Of a stretch of 64,000 nt of DNA, positions 25,857 to 35,991 are shown one piece after another. The notes under the pieces are model-generated. The model worked only from the letters and a program-made list of their open reading frames with translations, had not been told where the DNA came from and did no database searches. The stretch is from NCBI GenBank assembly GCA_964489875.1, contig CAZAZW010000002.1:64503-128502 (forward strand). The letters run 5' to 3'. Every line of letters begins with the position of its first letter. Position 1 is the first letter of the stretch. Origin of the DNA: an uncultured Gammaproteobacteria bacterium (GTDB lineage: Bacteria > Patescibacteriota > Microgenomatia > Daviesbacterales > UBA10151). Both the position numbers and the translations under genes were made by a program.

Positions 25857-26282
25857 TTGATGGTTAGCCCAGGAAACTTTATCATGGCGAATAACATTAA
25901 AAAATTCGGTCCGCTACTTTTTCTGCTTTTCCATCCGGTTTTTCTGGTTTCGGTTTTTGTTCTCAAATTTATGGAGATTATCAGTGAGCATCTGGCGCTC
26001 CTTTTAATCGGCGCGCTTTCTTTGGAGGCAATTTACCTTGCCTCTTTTATTTGGGCGAAGTTGGCTCGAACAGCTAACTACTTAAGGGAAGTGCAAAAAG
26101 AGATGGCGGATTTAAGAGAAGATACGGCAGATCTGCCCAGAATGCAGCGGGAGCTTATTTATGCAGGACATCAGATTAAGACTCTCCAGATGGACCTTGA
26201 CGCTTTGAAAAAAACAGGTAGCATTAAGCTCTCCGGCAACGGTCACAGAAGATCCCACCCACCAGCAATATCACATTCTTAA
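25857..26282 (+). CDS. Small membrane protein, hypothetical.
   Basis: Two TM helices followed by a coiled segment. I recognise no motif. Confidence 0.45.
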   Translation: MMVSPGNFIMANNIKKFGPLLFLLFHPVFLVSVFVLKFMEIISEHLALLLIGALSLEAIYLASFIWAKLARTANYLREVQKEMADLREDTADLPRMQRELIYAGHQIKTLQMDLDALKKTGSIKLSGNGHRRSHPPAISHS

Positions 26283-26370
26283 CTTCTTTTAACACAATTC
26301 TATTCTTTCTTACACATTTTTCTGTTTAAATGTAGCAGTAAATCTATTAAAGAGGGGAGGTGAACTAAAA

Positions 26371-26592
26371 ATGGATGCTATGCCAATGTCGAGTCAGCCT
26401 ATGAGCAGATCTGATGCAATGAAACACATGGACCATGTAGATTATCCCGCAAGCAAAGAAGATTTAGTCAAAGCTTGCAATAATATGTCGGATGTATCCA
26501 ATGAGGATAAGAAATGGTTTATGGAAAGTTTGCCGGAGGGCAGTTATAACAGCCCTGATGAGGTCAAAGAAGCTCTGGGATCATCAATGTAG
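26371..26592 (+). CDS. DUF2795-like small protein.
   Basis: 'KHMDHVDYPASKEDLVKACNN..SDVS...LPEGSYNSPDEVKEALG' fits the DUF2795 pattern. A strong RBS 'agaggggaggtga' is present. Confidence 0.5.
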   Translation: MDAMPMSSQPMSRSDAMKHMDHVDYPASKEDLVKACNNMSDVSNEDKKWFMESLPEGSYNSPDEVKEALGSSM

Positions 26593-26698
26593 GCCTTCAA
26601 GGCCTTCCCTGATTTCTAAAGTCCTTCTGCCCAGGACCCATTCTGAATAGAAGCTGTAATCTGTGTAGTATACTTGTTTTGGCAAGGAGGGGAGTGAT

Positions 26699-27457
26699 TT
26701 ATTTTCTACTTAGTAACTTTATAAGCACATCTAAAGCAAAATTTTGATCAATGAAATCTGGACTGGTAGCAATGGTAATAACTCCAGCCCTATTCATAGC
26801 TTCCTTTAAGCTGAGAAGTTGCTTTGAAGTTGGCTCGATTGGTTGTCCCGCATCCTCAAACACATCTATGTCTATATCGAGGATCGTATACTGAGGATTA
26901 CCTCTTATATCCATTAAAATATCCTCCAGATCCCCCAAATTATATTGATAAACTTCTTTAATAAGCCCTGAATGCATGGCAGGAATTATAAATGAATTAA
27001 TCGGTAATTCCGTAGTATATTCGGCAATTTCTTGTAAAGTTAAATGAGGAGTTGGCATAAGTATTGGTACTGTAGTGTCAGGATGACCGTCAAGGTGATA
27101 CAGTGTGCTTCCTTGAGCTATCGAACCTTCCAAAAGGGCTTCGTTCCAGGCATAAAAGGCATGGTTATGGTCATCGAAAATATATGTAGGAATACTATTT
27201 TTACCAAACGGCATTCTGATATATTCCTTAAGAGCCTGGATTGGTTCACCGGAGATTGTGATGTTAGTAATCTCGATATCTGAAATTTCTCCAAATCTCA
27301 AGGGTCTTGATTTCGCAAAGAAAATAATTCCACCGCCATAAACAGGCCGGACATTTTCGGTTCTATAATATAGGGAGCGACCTTCATTATCATACCCACT
27401 CGGATATTCCGGCTTTGCCATGAGCCGTATTGTATGCATCATGAAAGCCAAAGTCAA
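26699..27457 (-). CDS. UPF0489-like protein.
   Basis: 'FDDHNHAFYAW....LYHLDGHPD' resembles the UPF0489 'DxHxxxxxW...HxDxHxD' pattern. Confidence 0.45.
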   Translation of the reverse strand: MTLAFMMHTIRLMAKPEYPSGYDNEGRSLYYRTENVRPVYGGGIIFFAKSRPLRFGEISDIEITNITISGEPIQALKEYIRMPFGKNSIPTYIFDDHNHAFYAWNEALLEGSIAQGSTLYHLDGHPDTTVPILMPTPHLTLQEIAEYTTELPINSFIIPAMHSGLIKEVYQYNLGDLEDILMDIRGNPQYTILDIDIDVFEDAGQPIEPTSKQLLSLKEAMNRAGVITIATSPDFIDQNFALDVLIKLLSRK

Positions 27458-27505
27458 AATTGCAGACTAGCTCAAAGTTACAAGAGTCTTTTGCTCTAAG
27501 ATTTG

Positions 27506-27577
27506 TGAGCCGCCTCGGACTCGAACCGAGAACCTATTCCTTAAGAGGGAAGTGCTCTACCATTGAGCTAGCGGCCC
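27506..27577 (-). tRNA. tRNA-Lys (anticodon CTT).
   Basis: The reverse complement folds as a cloverleaf (acceptor GGGCCGC/GCGGCTC, D stem GCTC/GAGC, anticodon loop CTCTTAA, T loop TTCGAGT). CCA is not encoded. Confidence 0.85.
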
Positions 27578-27639
27578 ATCACTGCTTATTCTAACAATTT
27601 ACACCCTAAATCTCCACCTTTTAGGATATACTTAAATTA

Positions 27640-28314
27640 ATGCTATATTTTCTCCTTTTTATTCTTGAGCTTTTACTGCTTTTTTTCTTATCAAAAAAGC
27701 TGATTAACTCTTTAGCTCGGCTGATCTTTAGGCTTACCAAAAGCCACCAGATGGTGGTCCGTATTCTGGCCATATTATTTTTACCGGGAACAATCATTCA
27801 CGAACTGGCCCATCTTTTATTTGCCGGTGTAATGCTTGTCCCGGTCGGGGAAATAAATGTAATTCCGGAGATTGAAGGGGCCGGCGTAAGATTAGGCAGT
27901 GTGCAAATAGGGAAAACTGACCCGTTCAGGAGAACCATTGCGGGAGTGGCCCCGGTCCTTTTGGGGATGATTTTAATTTTCTCCATATTTGTTTTTGTCA
28001 AAATTGGTGTTAGTCCCTGGTGGCAAATAATTTTAGCTATATATTTGCTTTTTGAGATCGGTAATACTATGTTTTCTTCAAAGAAAGATATAGAAAACAG
28101 CGTTCTTTTTATAATTTTAATACTGGTAATGTTTGCAGTGATATTGGCAGCTTTGTATTCCCTAAATCCAGGCTTTCTGCAAGCCACCTGGGCATATTTA
28201 AGTAATCTAGATCTTGAATTTGCAGCCAATTTTTTCAAACAAGCCTTAATTTACCTGTTAGTGCCGGTATCATTAGATTTATTAGTTATATTGTCTACCA
28301 GGTTGTTTCTTTGA
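27640..28314 (+). CDS. Polytopic membrane protein with an intramembrane HExxH motif (putative membrane metallopeptidase).
   Basis: 'IIHELAHLLFAG' sits inside a predicted TM helix. Six or more hydrophobic segments follow. Confidence 0.4.
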   Translation: MLYFLLFILELLLLFFLSKKLINSLARLIFRLTKSHQMVVRILAILFLPGTIIHELAHLLFAGVMLVPVGEINVIPEIEGAGVRLGSVQIGKTDPFRRTIAGVAPVLLGMILIFSIFVFVKIGVSPWWQIILAIYLLFEIGNTMFSSKKDIENSVLFIILILVMFAVILAALYSLNPGFLQATWAYLSNLDLEFAANFFKQALIYLLVPVSLDLLVILSTRLFL

Positions 28315-28351
28315 TCTCAAAATGGTATGATACGCACAGCTGCTTAATGGA

Positions 28352-28374
28352 CCCCGCCATGGCGGGGTTTTTTG
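28352..28374 (+). terminator. Rho-independent terminator.
   Basis: 'ccccgccatggcgggg' hairpin followed by 'ttttttg'. Confidence 0.7.
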
Positions 28375-28387
28375 ATGACAGAACAAT

Positions 28388-30169
28388 ATGACAAACATTC
28401 GAAATGTTGCTATCATCGCTCACGTTGACCACGGCAAAACTACTTTGGTAGATGCCCTGCTTCGCCAATCACAAACCCCTCTGGGAAAGCAGTTTACTGA
28501 AACTTCCGAGCTGATTATGGACTCTAATGACCTGGAAAAAGAGCGGGGAATCACTATTTTCTCCAAAAATGCTTCTGTAAATTGGAAAGGTACCAAAATC
28601 AATATTATAGACACTCCCGGCCATGCTGATTTTGGCGGGGAAGTGGAGAGAGTGTTAAAAATGGCTGACGGTTGTCTTTTGCTGATTGATGCTAAGGAAG
28701 GCCCGATGCCGCAAACTCGGTTTGTCTTAAAAAAAGCGCTGGAAATGAGGCATAAAGTTATTGTGGTCATCAACAAAATTGATAAGCCTGACGCCAGAAT
28801 AACCTATGTTATCAACAAAACCTTTGATTTATTCATGGAACTTGGAGCAGACGAAGAGGTTGCCTATTTTCCCACTATTTATTCCTCCGGCAAGTACGGT
28901 AAAGCAGGGCTGGGATCTGATCTTTCCAAAATGGATGATATTGCCCCTGTTTTTGATGCTATTCTGGAACATATCCCGCCGCCGGAAGCTTATACAGATA
29001 AACCTTTGCAGGTTTTAATTACCAATACGATTTATGACAATTTTAAAGGTAGGATTGCTACAGGCAGGGTTCAAAGTGGAACTATAAAAGCGGGCCAGGA
29101 AATTGCCCACATAAACCGGGATGGTGTGGTCAAGAAGTTCAGATTAACATCTCTCCTGGGTTTTGAAGGATTAGAGCGGGTTGATATTACGGAAGCTCAC
29201 GCCGGAGACATTATTGCCCTTTCCGGAATCCCGGATATTACCATCGGTGAAACTATTGCCGACCCGGCTAACCCGATTGCTTTGCCGGTTTTAGATATAG
29301 AGCAGTCAACTGTCAGGATGCGTTTTGGGGTTAACACTTCCCCGCTTGCGGGTTTGGAAGGTGAATTTAAAACTGCCAGGCAAATCAGGGAAAGGTTATA
29401 TAAAGCAGCGGAAGCCGATGTAGCTTTGAAAGTAGAAGATGGTCTCTCAGGTGATCTGATCGTGAGCGGCAGAGGAGAGTTACACTTGGCAATATTAATA
29501 GAGCGGCTGCGCCGTGAAGGATATGAGTTTGAAGTAGGCAAGCCCCAAGTTATAGAGAAAACGGAAAACGGCAAATTAATGACGCCTTTTGAGAAAGTGG
29601 CCATTGAGGTTCCGGAGGAATTATCAGGAACGGTGATGCAAAAGATGGGACTACGGCACGCCGAGCTTTTGGATATGAATACGGAAAACGGGGTGGTTTT
29701 CCTGGAATTTTTGGTTGCCACAAAAGAATTTTTCGGTTACAGGAGCCAATTTATCACAGACACTAAAGGTTTAGGCATTATCAGCAGCTCTTTTTTTGAA
29801 TACAGGGCAGATTCGGGCCAAAAGTTTGAAAGAGCCAATGGATCCTTGGTGGTACATGAATCAGGTAATACCAAGCTGTATGCTCTGGTCGGCGCCCAGG
29901 ATAGGGGAACACTTTTTGTCGGGCCGGGGGTTAATGTTTACAAAGGCCAGGTTATAGGGATGAACTCGCGGGAAGATGATATAGTAATCAACGTCTGCAA
30001 AGAAAAAAAGCAGACTAATCACCGCTCAAGCGGGGAAGGCACCTCGGAACACTTTAATACCCCTAAAATAATGAGCCTGGAAAATGCCATTGAATATATT
30101 GATGATACAGAATTAGTAGAAGTTACCCCCAAAAATATCAGGATTAGAAAAATTGATCTAAACCGTTAG
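28388..30169 (+). CDS. typA: Translational GTPase TypA/BipA.
   Basis: 'NVAIIAHVDHGKTTLVD', 'DTPGHADFGGEVER' and 'NKIDKP', at the typical ~600 aa length. Confidence 0.93.
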   Translation: MTNIRNVAIIAHVDHGKTTLVDALLRQSQTPLGKQFTETSELIMDSNDLEKERGITIFSKNASVNWKGTKINIIDTPGHADFGGEVERVLKMADGCLLLIDAKEGPMPQTRFVLKKALEMRHKVIVVINKIDKPDARITYVINKTFDLFMELGADEEVAYFPTIYSSGKYGKAGLGSDLSKMDDIAPVFDAILEHIPPPEAYTDKPLQVLITNTIYDNFKGRIATGRVQSGTIKAGQEIAHINRDGVVKKFRLTSLLGFEGLERVDITEAHAGDIIALSGIPDITIGETIADPANPIALPVLDIEQSTVRMRFGVNTSPLAGLEGEFKTARQIRERLYKAAEADVALKVEDGLSGDLIVSGRGELHLAILIERLRREGYEFEVGKPQVIEKTENGKLMTPFEKVAIEVPEELSGTVMQKMGLRHAELLDMNTENGVVFLEFLVATKEFFGYRSQFITDTKGLGIISSSFFEYRADSGQKFERANGSLVVHESGNTKLYALVGAQDRGTLFVGPGVNVYKGQVIGMNSREDDIVINVCKEKKQTNHRSSGEGTSEHFNTPKIMSLENAIEYIDDTELVEVTPKNIRIRKIDLNR

Positions 30170-30172
30170 GGT

Positions 30173-30430
30173 TTAACTTTTTTCCTGGTGTTCTAATTCA
30201 TCCTTGTGGATTTCCTCATCAATCCCCAATTCCCCTTGATGTTCCTCATCTTGGTTTTCATATAATCCAGCCTTATGTGCTGCATCCAGAACATTGTCAT
30301 CCGATTCCGGGTCAGGCGTAGAACCGCTTATGCTTTGCTCACCTGTTTTGATATCTTCATCTAAAGTATCCTGATGTTTCTGATCATCAGAGACGATACT
30401 GTGTTTATTCTTTGTCAGCATATTTCTCAC
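30173..30430 (-). CDS. Small acidic hypothetical protein.
   Basis: ORF only; low-complexity acidic sequence. Confidence 0.3.
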   Translation of the reverse strand: MRNMLTKNKHSIVSDDQKHQDTLDEDIKTGEQSISGSTPDPESDDNVLDAAHKAGLYENQDEEHQGELGIDEEIHKDELEHQEKS

Positions 30431-30459
30431 CTCACCTTAATATTTATCTGTTGATTATG

Positions 30460-30532
30460 CGCGCCTGGAGGGAATCGAACCCCCAACCGCCTCGTCCGAA
30501 GCGAGGTGCTCTATCCGTTAAGCTACAGGCGC
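30460..30532 (-). tRNA. tRNA-Arg (anticodon TCG).
   Basis: The reverse complement is GCGCCTGTAGCTTAACGG...CCTCG-CTTCGGA-CGAGG...GGTTCGATTCC...CAGGCGCG. Confidence 0.85.
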
Positions 30533-30546
30533 ATACATGGTAAATT

Positions 30547-31368
30547 TTACCACTTCAGGAGTTCTAATGCCCCATATAAACCGCCGTCATGACCCAATGT
30601 AGCTAAAACTATTTGGGGTACTTGGGGAAATATTTTAAGCTCATTTTTGAGATGGGCTGCGACTTTATCAAGCGGCAGGCTTTTCATAACCGATCCACCC
30701 AAAACTACTACGTCCGGTGACCAGTGGACTATAGTGTTATTTAAACCAAGGCCTAAATGCTTGGCTATTTTATCCCAGATAGCGGGATTTTTTATATCTT
30801 CAGCTTTTTGGTGATAAATTTTTTCTATGTATAATCCTCCAACATAGCTTTCCAGGTGGCCTTTGCCTCCGCAGTTACAGAGGTTTCCATCAGGTATTAT
30901 GATCTGATGTCCTGGTTCAAAACCTAAACTGTTTGAATCAACTCTTTGGTCAACTATTCGGGCTCCTCCGATACCTGTGCCTATAGCCAGATAAGCCACA
31001 ATTTTCTTTCCAACTCCAGCTCCTTTGACTGCTTCTCCGATTCCGCCCATGACAGTGTCATTCTCCAAAATTACTCGGCAGCCAAAAATGCTTTCCAACT
31101 CAGGTTTTAAGGGCTTGTTAATCCATCTGGGAATGTGGGGGCTTTTAGCTAAACCTGTTTTATCTTTATCTAGCGGTCCAGCAATCCCTCCTGCTATACC
31201 GGAAATTTTTTCTCCTCCAGACAATTCATCAGCAGTTTGCTTAAAAGCCAAAATGCCTTGGTCAAAATCTTGGGGTGTGGGGACTATTCTAGACCCGGTG
31301 ATAGTTGATCCATCGCTTGAAACACCAATTCGCATATTTGTCCCGCCGATGTCAAAAACCAGATACAT
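30547..31368 (-). CDS. ROK-family glucokinase.
   Basis: 'LVFDIGGTNMRIGV' and 'GIGGA', plus the Cys/His zinc motif 'CNCGGKGHLE'. Confidence 0.85.
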   Translation of the reverse strand: MYLVFDIGGTNMRIGVSSDGSTITGSRIVPTPQDFDQGILAFKQTADELSGGEKISGIAGGIAGPLDKDKTGLAKSPHIPRWINKPLKPELESIFGCRVILENDTVMGGIGEAVKGAGVGKKIVAYLAIGTGIGGARIVDQRVDSNSLGFEPGHQIIIPDGNLCNCGGKGHLESYVGGLYIEKIYHQKAEDIKNPAIWDKIAKHLGLGLNNTIVHWSPDVVVLGGSVMKSLPLDKVAAHLKNELKIFPQVPQIVLATLGHDGGLYGALELLKW

Positions 31369-31375
31369 ATAGCTT

Positions 31376-32239
31376 TTATTTTAACATAAGAAAATAATCA
31401 AGGATTTTGAGGATACCGTCATCGTTAACCGAGGGTCCAACGAAATATTTCCCTTCCCCTTTTGATTCCACTAATCTTTTAAGCTCAGGGCTGGCATCTT
31501 CCATAGTTGCAGCATAGCCGCAAAGCTTCATAAATTCCCAATCCCCCAGAGTATCTCCGACTCCTAAAGTCTCTTCAAAAGAAATACCCAGTTCTTCTGC
31601 CACAGTCCTTGCTGCATGAGCTTTTGAGGCTTCAGTTGATGTTATCACACAATATTCCCATTCTTTAGTTGAAGGATGCATAGTCCAAGTAGATGTTATT
31701 TGTCCTTGGAACTTCTCTAATATCTTCTCTGTTTTCCTTCTTTCCTCCTCGTTTCTACTAACAATTATGAGTTTAATAACATTGTGTTTTTCTGCCTCTT
31801 TAGCCAGGGATTCAACAACAATAGGGTTTCTTTGTAATATAGCAATACGCTGAGGTAATATTTCGCCTCCTATATTTTTTTGGGTAAAATAATCATCTAT
31901 GGAATACATTTCAGTGTGGATATAATTTTGAAGACATACATTAATAATGCTGGAAACTAAAACTGTTTCTATATTAAATGAGTAAACTTCTTTTGCAATC
32001 GGGTTAATGATAAGTGATCCGGCGTCGGTGATGTGAGGATTGTCAAGATTTGCCTGCAAAATAATTGGTTCTATGACAGGGTGGTATTTTCCTGAACAAA
32101 GCACCACAGGAATTCCTATTTGTCTGACTTTTTTAAGAGCAGAAAGTACTTTCGGGCTGGGATAGGGAAAATTAACTCCCTTTTTGTGTCCAACAATCAC
32201 CCCATCCACATCCATAATAATCAGTTTAACCATTGTCAT
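31376..32239 (-). CDS. HAD-IIB (Cof-like) sugar-phosphatase.
   Basis: Motif I 'LIIMDVDGVIV' and motif IV 'GVGDTLGDWEFMKLCGYAATMEDAS'. Confidence 0.7.
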   Translation of the reverse strand: MTMVKLIIMDVDGVIVGHKKGVNFPYPSPKVLSALKKVRQIGIPVVLCSGKYHPVIEPIILQANLDNPHITDAGSLIINPIAKEVYSFNIETVLVSSIINVCLQNYIHTEMYSIDDYFTQKNIGGEILPQRIAILQRNPIVVESLAKEAEKHNVIKLIIVSRNEEERRKTEKILEKFQGQITSTWTMHPSTKEWEYCVITSTEASKAHAARTVAEELGISFEETLGVGDTLGDWEFMKLCGYAATMEDASPELKRLVESKGEGKYFVGPSVNDDGILKILDYFLMLK

Positions 32240-32269
32240 ATTATACCTAATTTAGTAGAGTAAGCTTAT

Positions 32270-33229
32270 ATGAAAATTGGGTATATTGGCCTGGGTCGGA
32301 TGGGGAAGAATATGGTACTTTTGCTCTTGGAGAAGGGGATTGAGGTGGTGGCTTGGAATAGGTCACCGGAACCCAGAGAAGAATTAAAATCTGAAGCAAG
32401 AATATTAAAAAGCGGCTCGGAAAATCTAACAGTAGCAGAAAGCCTGGATGAGCTAATAAATGGTCTTCCGGCCCCAAAAGTAATTTGGCTAATGGTTACA
32501 GCCGGACCGGCAGTTGATGAGGTTTTAAAACAATTATCTGAGAAGCTGCAACCCGGAGATTTAGTGATAGACGGCGGCAATTCCTTTTATAAGGATACTC
32601 TAGGGAGAAATGAGATACTGGCTGCTAAAGGTATTCACTACATGGATGCCGGGACTTCCGGAGGAGTGGAGGGGGCCAGGACCGGCGCGTGTATTATGGT
32701 AGGCGGAGCCAAAGAGGATTTTGATAAAATTAAACCTGTTTTACAAGCGGCTGCCATGCCAGAAGCTTATGCCTATTTGGGTTCTGTTGGAGCGGGACAT
32801 TTTGCCAAAACTATTCATAACGGCATTGAATACGGCATGATGGAAGCTATTGGTGAAGGAGCAGCCATGTTAAAAAATTCCCAGTTTAACTTCGACCTTA
32901 GGGAAGTTTTTCGAATCTACAATACCGGCTCAATTATTGAATCAAGGTTAGTGGGATGGACTTTAGCTGAACTAAAAAATGATCCTGAACTTGCCAATAT
33001 TTCTTCAGTTATTGGTTCAGCAGGTGGAGCAGGCAAAGCCAAAGGGGAAGGACATTGGACAGTTGAGCTGGCTCATGAAATGGGGATAGATGTACCTGTA
33101 ATTGAGGCTTCTGTTAAAGTTAGGGATAATTCTGATGCAGACGCGGAAGATTCTCCCAATGGTTTCAGGAATAAAGTAGTAGCTGCCATGCGTTGGCAAT
33201 TTGGTCGCCACCCTGTTAAAAAAAGCTGA
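32270..33229 (+). CDS. gnd: 6-phosphogluconate dehydrogenase, short (YqeC-type, decarboxylating-like).
   Basis: Rossmann 'IGYIGLGRMGKNM', 'GGNSFYKDT' and 'GTSGGVEGARTGACIMVGG'. Size ~319 aa. Confidence 0.8.
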   Translation: MKIGYIGLGRMGKNMVLLLLEKGIEVVAWNRSPEPREELKSEARILKSGSENLTVAESLDELINGLPAPKVIWLMVTAGPAVDEVLKQLSEKLQPGDLVIDGGNSFYKDTLGRNEILAAKGIHYMDAGTSGGVEGARTGACIMVGGAKEDFDKIKPVLQAAAMPEAYAYLGSVGAGHFAKTIHNGIEYGMMEAIGEGAAMLKNSQFNFDLREVFRIYNTGSIIESRLVGWTLAELKNDPELANISSVIGSAGGAGKAKGEGHWTVELAHEMGIDVPVIEASVKVRDNSDADAEDSPNGFRNKVVAAMRWQFGRHPVKKS

Positions 33230-33739
33230 CTATTTTAGGGGGAATTTGCCGACAATCCGCCAATCCTCAATTTCCCCGCCTTTGAGTAAATGCACGCTGT
33301 TAATTTCAAACTTAATTGATTGATCTCTTCCAATTTCTCTGATTATTTTTTCCTTAATTTCTATAGGAAATGTTCCATAAAGTAAGCTTAGGTGCGGCAT
33401 GTATTCCAGAGCGCCATTCATCTGAAATATTTCTTTTGCCCGGGTGTTTAGAAAAAGCAGCTCCGGCGTTTTTTTAGCTCTTACAAAAAGTGTTCTGAAA
33501 AAGTAATCTTCGTAGTCAATTTGCTCCATTTCTATCGTAAAAGGTTTTTGGCCGGAAACCAGCTGTTTAGTCAACTTTATACATTCTTCCTCAGGCTGCA
33601 TAAAGTCTCCTAATAATGTTACGTGAGGAATAAATACAGGTGCATTATATTCCTCTGCCAGTTTTTTTATTAAGTTTGAGAACTTCTGATATGCTTGTCC
33701 AGTTGGCATTAACCAAAGCGTGTGTCCTTTTGATTGCAT
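33230..33739 (-). CDS. 2H-phosphoesterase superfamily protein (LigT / 2'-5' RNA ligase-like).
   Basis: Two H-x-(T/S)-x motifs: 'PHVTLLG' and 'PHLSLLYG'. Confidence 0.7.
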   Translation of the reverse strand: MQSKGHTLWLMPTGQAYQKFSNLIKKLAEEYNAPVFIPHVTLLGDFMQPEEECIKLTKQLVSGQKPFTIEMEQIDYEDYFFRTLFVRAKKTPELLFLNTRAKEIFQMNGALEYMPHLSLLYGTFPIEIKEKIIREIGRDQSIKFEINSVHLLKGGEIEDWRIVGKFPLK

Positions 33740-33741
33740 AA

Positions 33742-34545
33742 TTATTTGTTAATTAATTCTAATATTTTGTTATGCAAAATCCCATTAGTCGCAAGCATTG
33801 CTGGATTAAAAATATCCCAATCCTCTCCAGATGGAGTCGTAATTTTGCCGCCTGCTTTCCTTATAAATAGAGATGAAGCTGCTATATCCCATGGTTTTAT
33901 GCCGTAAATAAGGTATACGTCCATTTTGCCATTGGCAAGGGTTGCTGGTTCTGCTACGGCACTGTTTGCGCATTTTATCTGCCTGACATGAGGAACTATT
34001 TTATCTAGCCACCTTATTAGTATTAGTCTTTCCCCTTTCTCCCATCCCCAATCACAGCCAAATACAGTTTCTTTTAGCTCTCTTGTAGATGAAACTTTCA
34101 AGGTTCTTCCATTAAGGCAAGCCTCCTCTTTGTCGGCTTGAGCCCAATATAAATTATTTTCCATAGGCAGGTATACCACACCCAGTTTCGATATCCCTTT
34201 ATTAACTAGACCAACTGAGATGGCAAAATGTGGATTGCCTCTTGCGAAATTAACCGTTCCATCAATCGGATCAATCACCCATAAATTATCCATTTTTTTA
34301 AGGGATGAATAATCTTTAGGGGCTGTTTCTTCTGTTAAGAGGAAGGTTTGTGGGTATTGTCTTTTAATATTTTCCCTCAGAAATTTATCAATTTCTTCAT
34401 CAGCTTGAGTAATAAGATCGACCCCTCCTTTTGATTTAGAGGTAAATTTACCGGAGGAAAAATATTTTTTTAAAATGTTCCCGGCTTCAGATACCAATTT
34501 TAAAACATATTCCTGTGCTTGATTTAAGTTAATTTGATCATTCAT
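33742..34545 (-). CDS. Inositol-monophosphatase-family phosphatase.
   Basis: 'WVIDPIDGTVNFARG' and 'EE' metal-binding motifs. Confidence 0.8.
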   Translation of the reverse strand: MNDQINLNQAQEYVLKLVSEAGNILKKYFSSGKFTSKSKGGVDLITQADEEIDKFLRENIKRQYPQTFLLTEETAPKDYSSLKKMDNLWVIDPIDGTVNFARGNPHFAISVGLVNKGISKLGVVYLPMENNLYWAQADKEEACLNGRTLKVSSTRELKETVFGCDWGWEKGERLILIRWLDKIVPHVRQIKCANSAVAEPATLANGKMDVYLIYGIKPWDIAASSLFIRKAGGKITTPSGEDWDIFNPAMLATNGILHNKILELINK

Positions 34546-34548
34546 AGT

Positions 34549-35991
34549 CTATATTCTACAAAACTCCATTGATGGTTCAAGCCAAGCTCTGCCGTCTTTT
34601 TCCAGTAAATCACCTGCCTTTTTGGGCCCCCAGGAACCTTTCCGGTATATGGCCGGCTTGCTGCGTTTTTTGATCAACGGGTCAATAAATGCCCACTGGG
34701 CTTCTATCTCTGCAGCATCATTAAAAAATGTTTGGTCACCTCTGATGGTATCAACTAAAAGCCGCTCGTACGGATCAGGGACATAATGAGTATGAGGGTC
34801 TATCCGATAACAATATTGCATGTATTCCGGCTGCAATCTCGCTTCGTAGCCCGGAACCTTGATTAAAATCTTTAAAACTATTCCTTCATTGGGTTGGATT
34901 CGGTAAATTAGAACATTAGGTTCGTCTCCGCACTCCGGATCCCTCAATAGTCGATGCACAGGATTTTTAAAGACAATGGATATTTCAGTGACAGTTTGTT
35001 TTAGGTTTTTGCCTGCCCTGATGTAGATGGGAACATCCTTAAAGCGTTCATTGTTGATATAAGTCTTCAGGGCATAAAAAGTATCTGTTTGAGAATTCTC
35101 TGCTACATTTTCCTCTTTCTGGTATCCTTCATACTGGCCATACACTATTTTCTCTGGCAGTGGAGTGAGATTCTGCAGGATTTTAAGTCTTTCTTTAGTA
35201 ACTGCTTCATTGCTAAATTCGCTTGGATCATTCATGGTGGCAAAAGCCAACATTTGTAATTGATGGTTTTGGCCAACATCCTTGAGTGAGCCCACCTGGT
35301 CGTAATATCCACCACGTTTGCCGATTCCAAAATCCTCTGAAGCAGTAATTTGGATGTGATCAATATGATCTTTGTTGATTAAAGGTTCAAAAATATCATT
35401 GGCAAACCGGAAGGTCAGGATATTTTGCAGGGTTTCCTTTCCTAAGTAATGGTCCAGCCGAAAAATTTGGTCTTCAGTGAAGTATTTTAAAAGCAGGTTA
35501 TTCAGGGCTTTTGCTGAAGGTAAATCATTTCCAATGGGTTTTTCAATCATCAACCTGACCCAGCCGCCATTTTGTTTGTTCAATTTATTTTTTTGCAGAT
35601 TTTCAAAAACATACTGGTATAAATCAGGATAGGTAGCCAGGTAAAAAATCCGGTTATTGTGGTCTAAAAATTTACTTAATTTTTCATAAAGCTGCTGGTC
35701 TTCCACACTGCCGGTTAGGTACCTGAGCCTGCTGCAGAATTTTTTAAAAGTTACCTCCTTAATCTCATGCTTGTGGTGAATATTCTCAAGGTGCAGGACT
35801 GAGTTGACATACTCTTTAAAGCTACTATCGGACATCTCTCTTCTTGATATACCAATAATGGTCATCTTTTCCGGCAGCAACCCTTTTTCTTCCATGTCAT
35901 AAAGAGCGGGGATCAATTTAATTTGAGCTAAGTTACTGGTGATGCCGAAGATGACTAAAACAAACGGATCCATTGCACTAAAAGATACCAT
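34549..35991 (-). CDS. zwf: Glucose-6-phosphate 1-dehydrogenase.
   Basis: 'IFRLDHYLGKE' (G6PD active-site signature), an NADP-binding N-terminus and 480 aa length. The probable start is the Met at ~35973. Confidence 0.9.
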   Translation of the reverse strand: MVSFSAMDPFVLVIFGITSNLAQIKLIPALYDMEEKGLLPEKMTIIGISRREMSDSSFKEYVNSVLHLENIHHKHEIKEVTFKKFCSRLRYLTGSVEDQQLYEKLSKFLDHNNRIFYLATYPDLYQYVFENLQKNKLNKQNGGWVRLMIEKPIGNDLPSAKALNNLLLKYFTEDQIFRLDHYLGKETLQNILTFRFANDIFEPLINKDHIDHIQITASEDFGIGKRGGYYDQVGSLKDVGQNHQLQMLAFATMNDPSEFSNEAVTKERLKILQNLTPLPEKIVYGQYEGYQKEENVAENSQTDTFYALKTYINNERFKDVPIYIRAGKNLKQTVTEISIVFKNPVHRLLRDPECGDEPNVLIYRIQPNEGIVLKILIKVPGYEARLQPEYMQYCYRIDPHTHYVPDPYERLLVDTIRGDQTFFNDAAEIEAQWAFIDPLIKKRSKPAIYRKGSWGPKKAGDLLEKDGRAWLEPSMEFCRI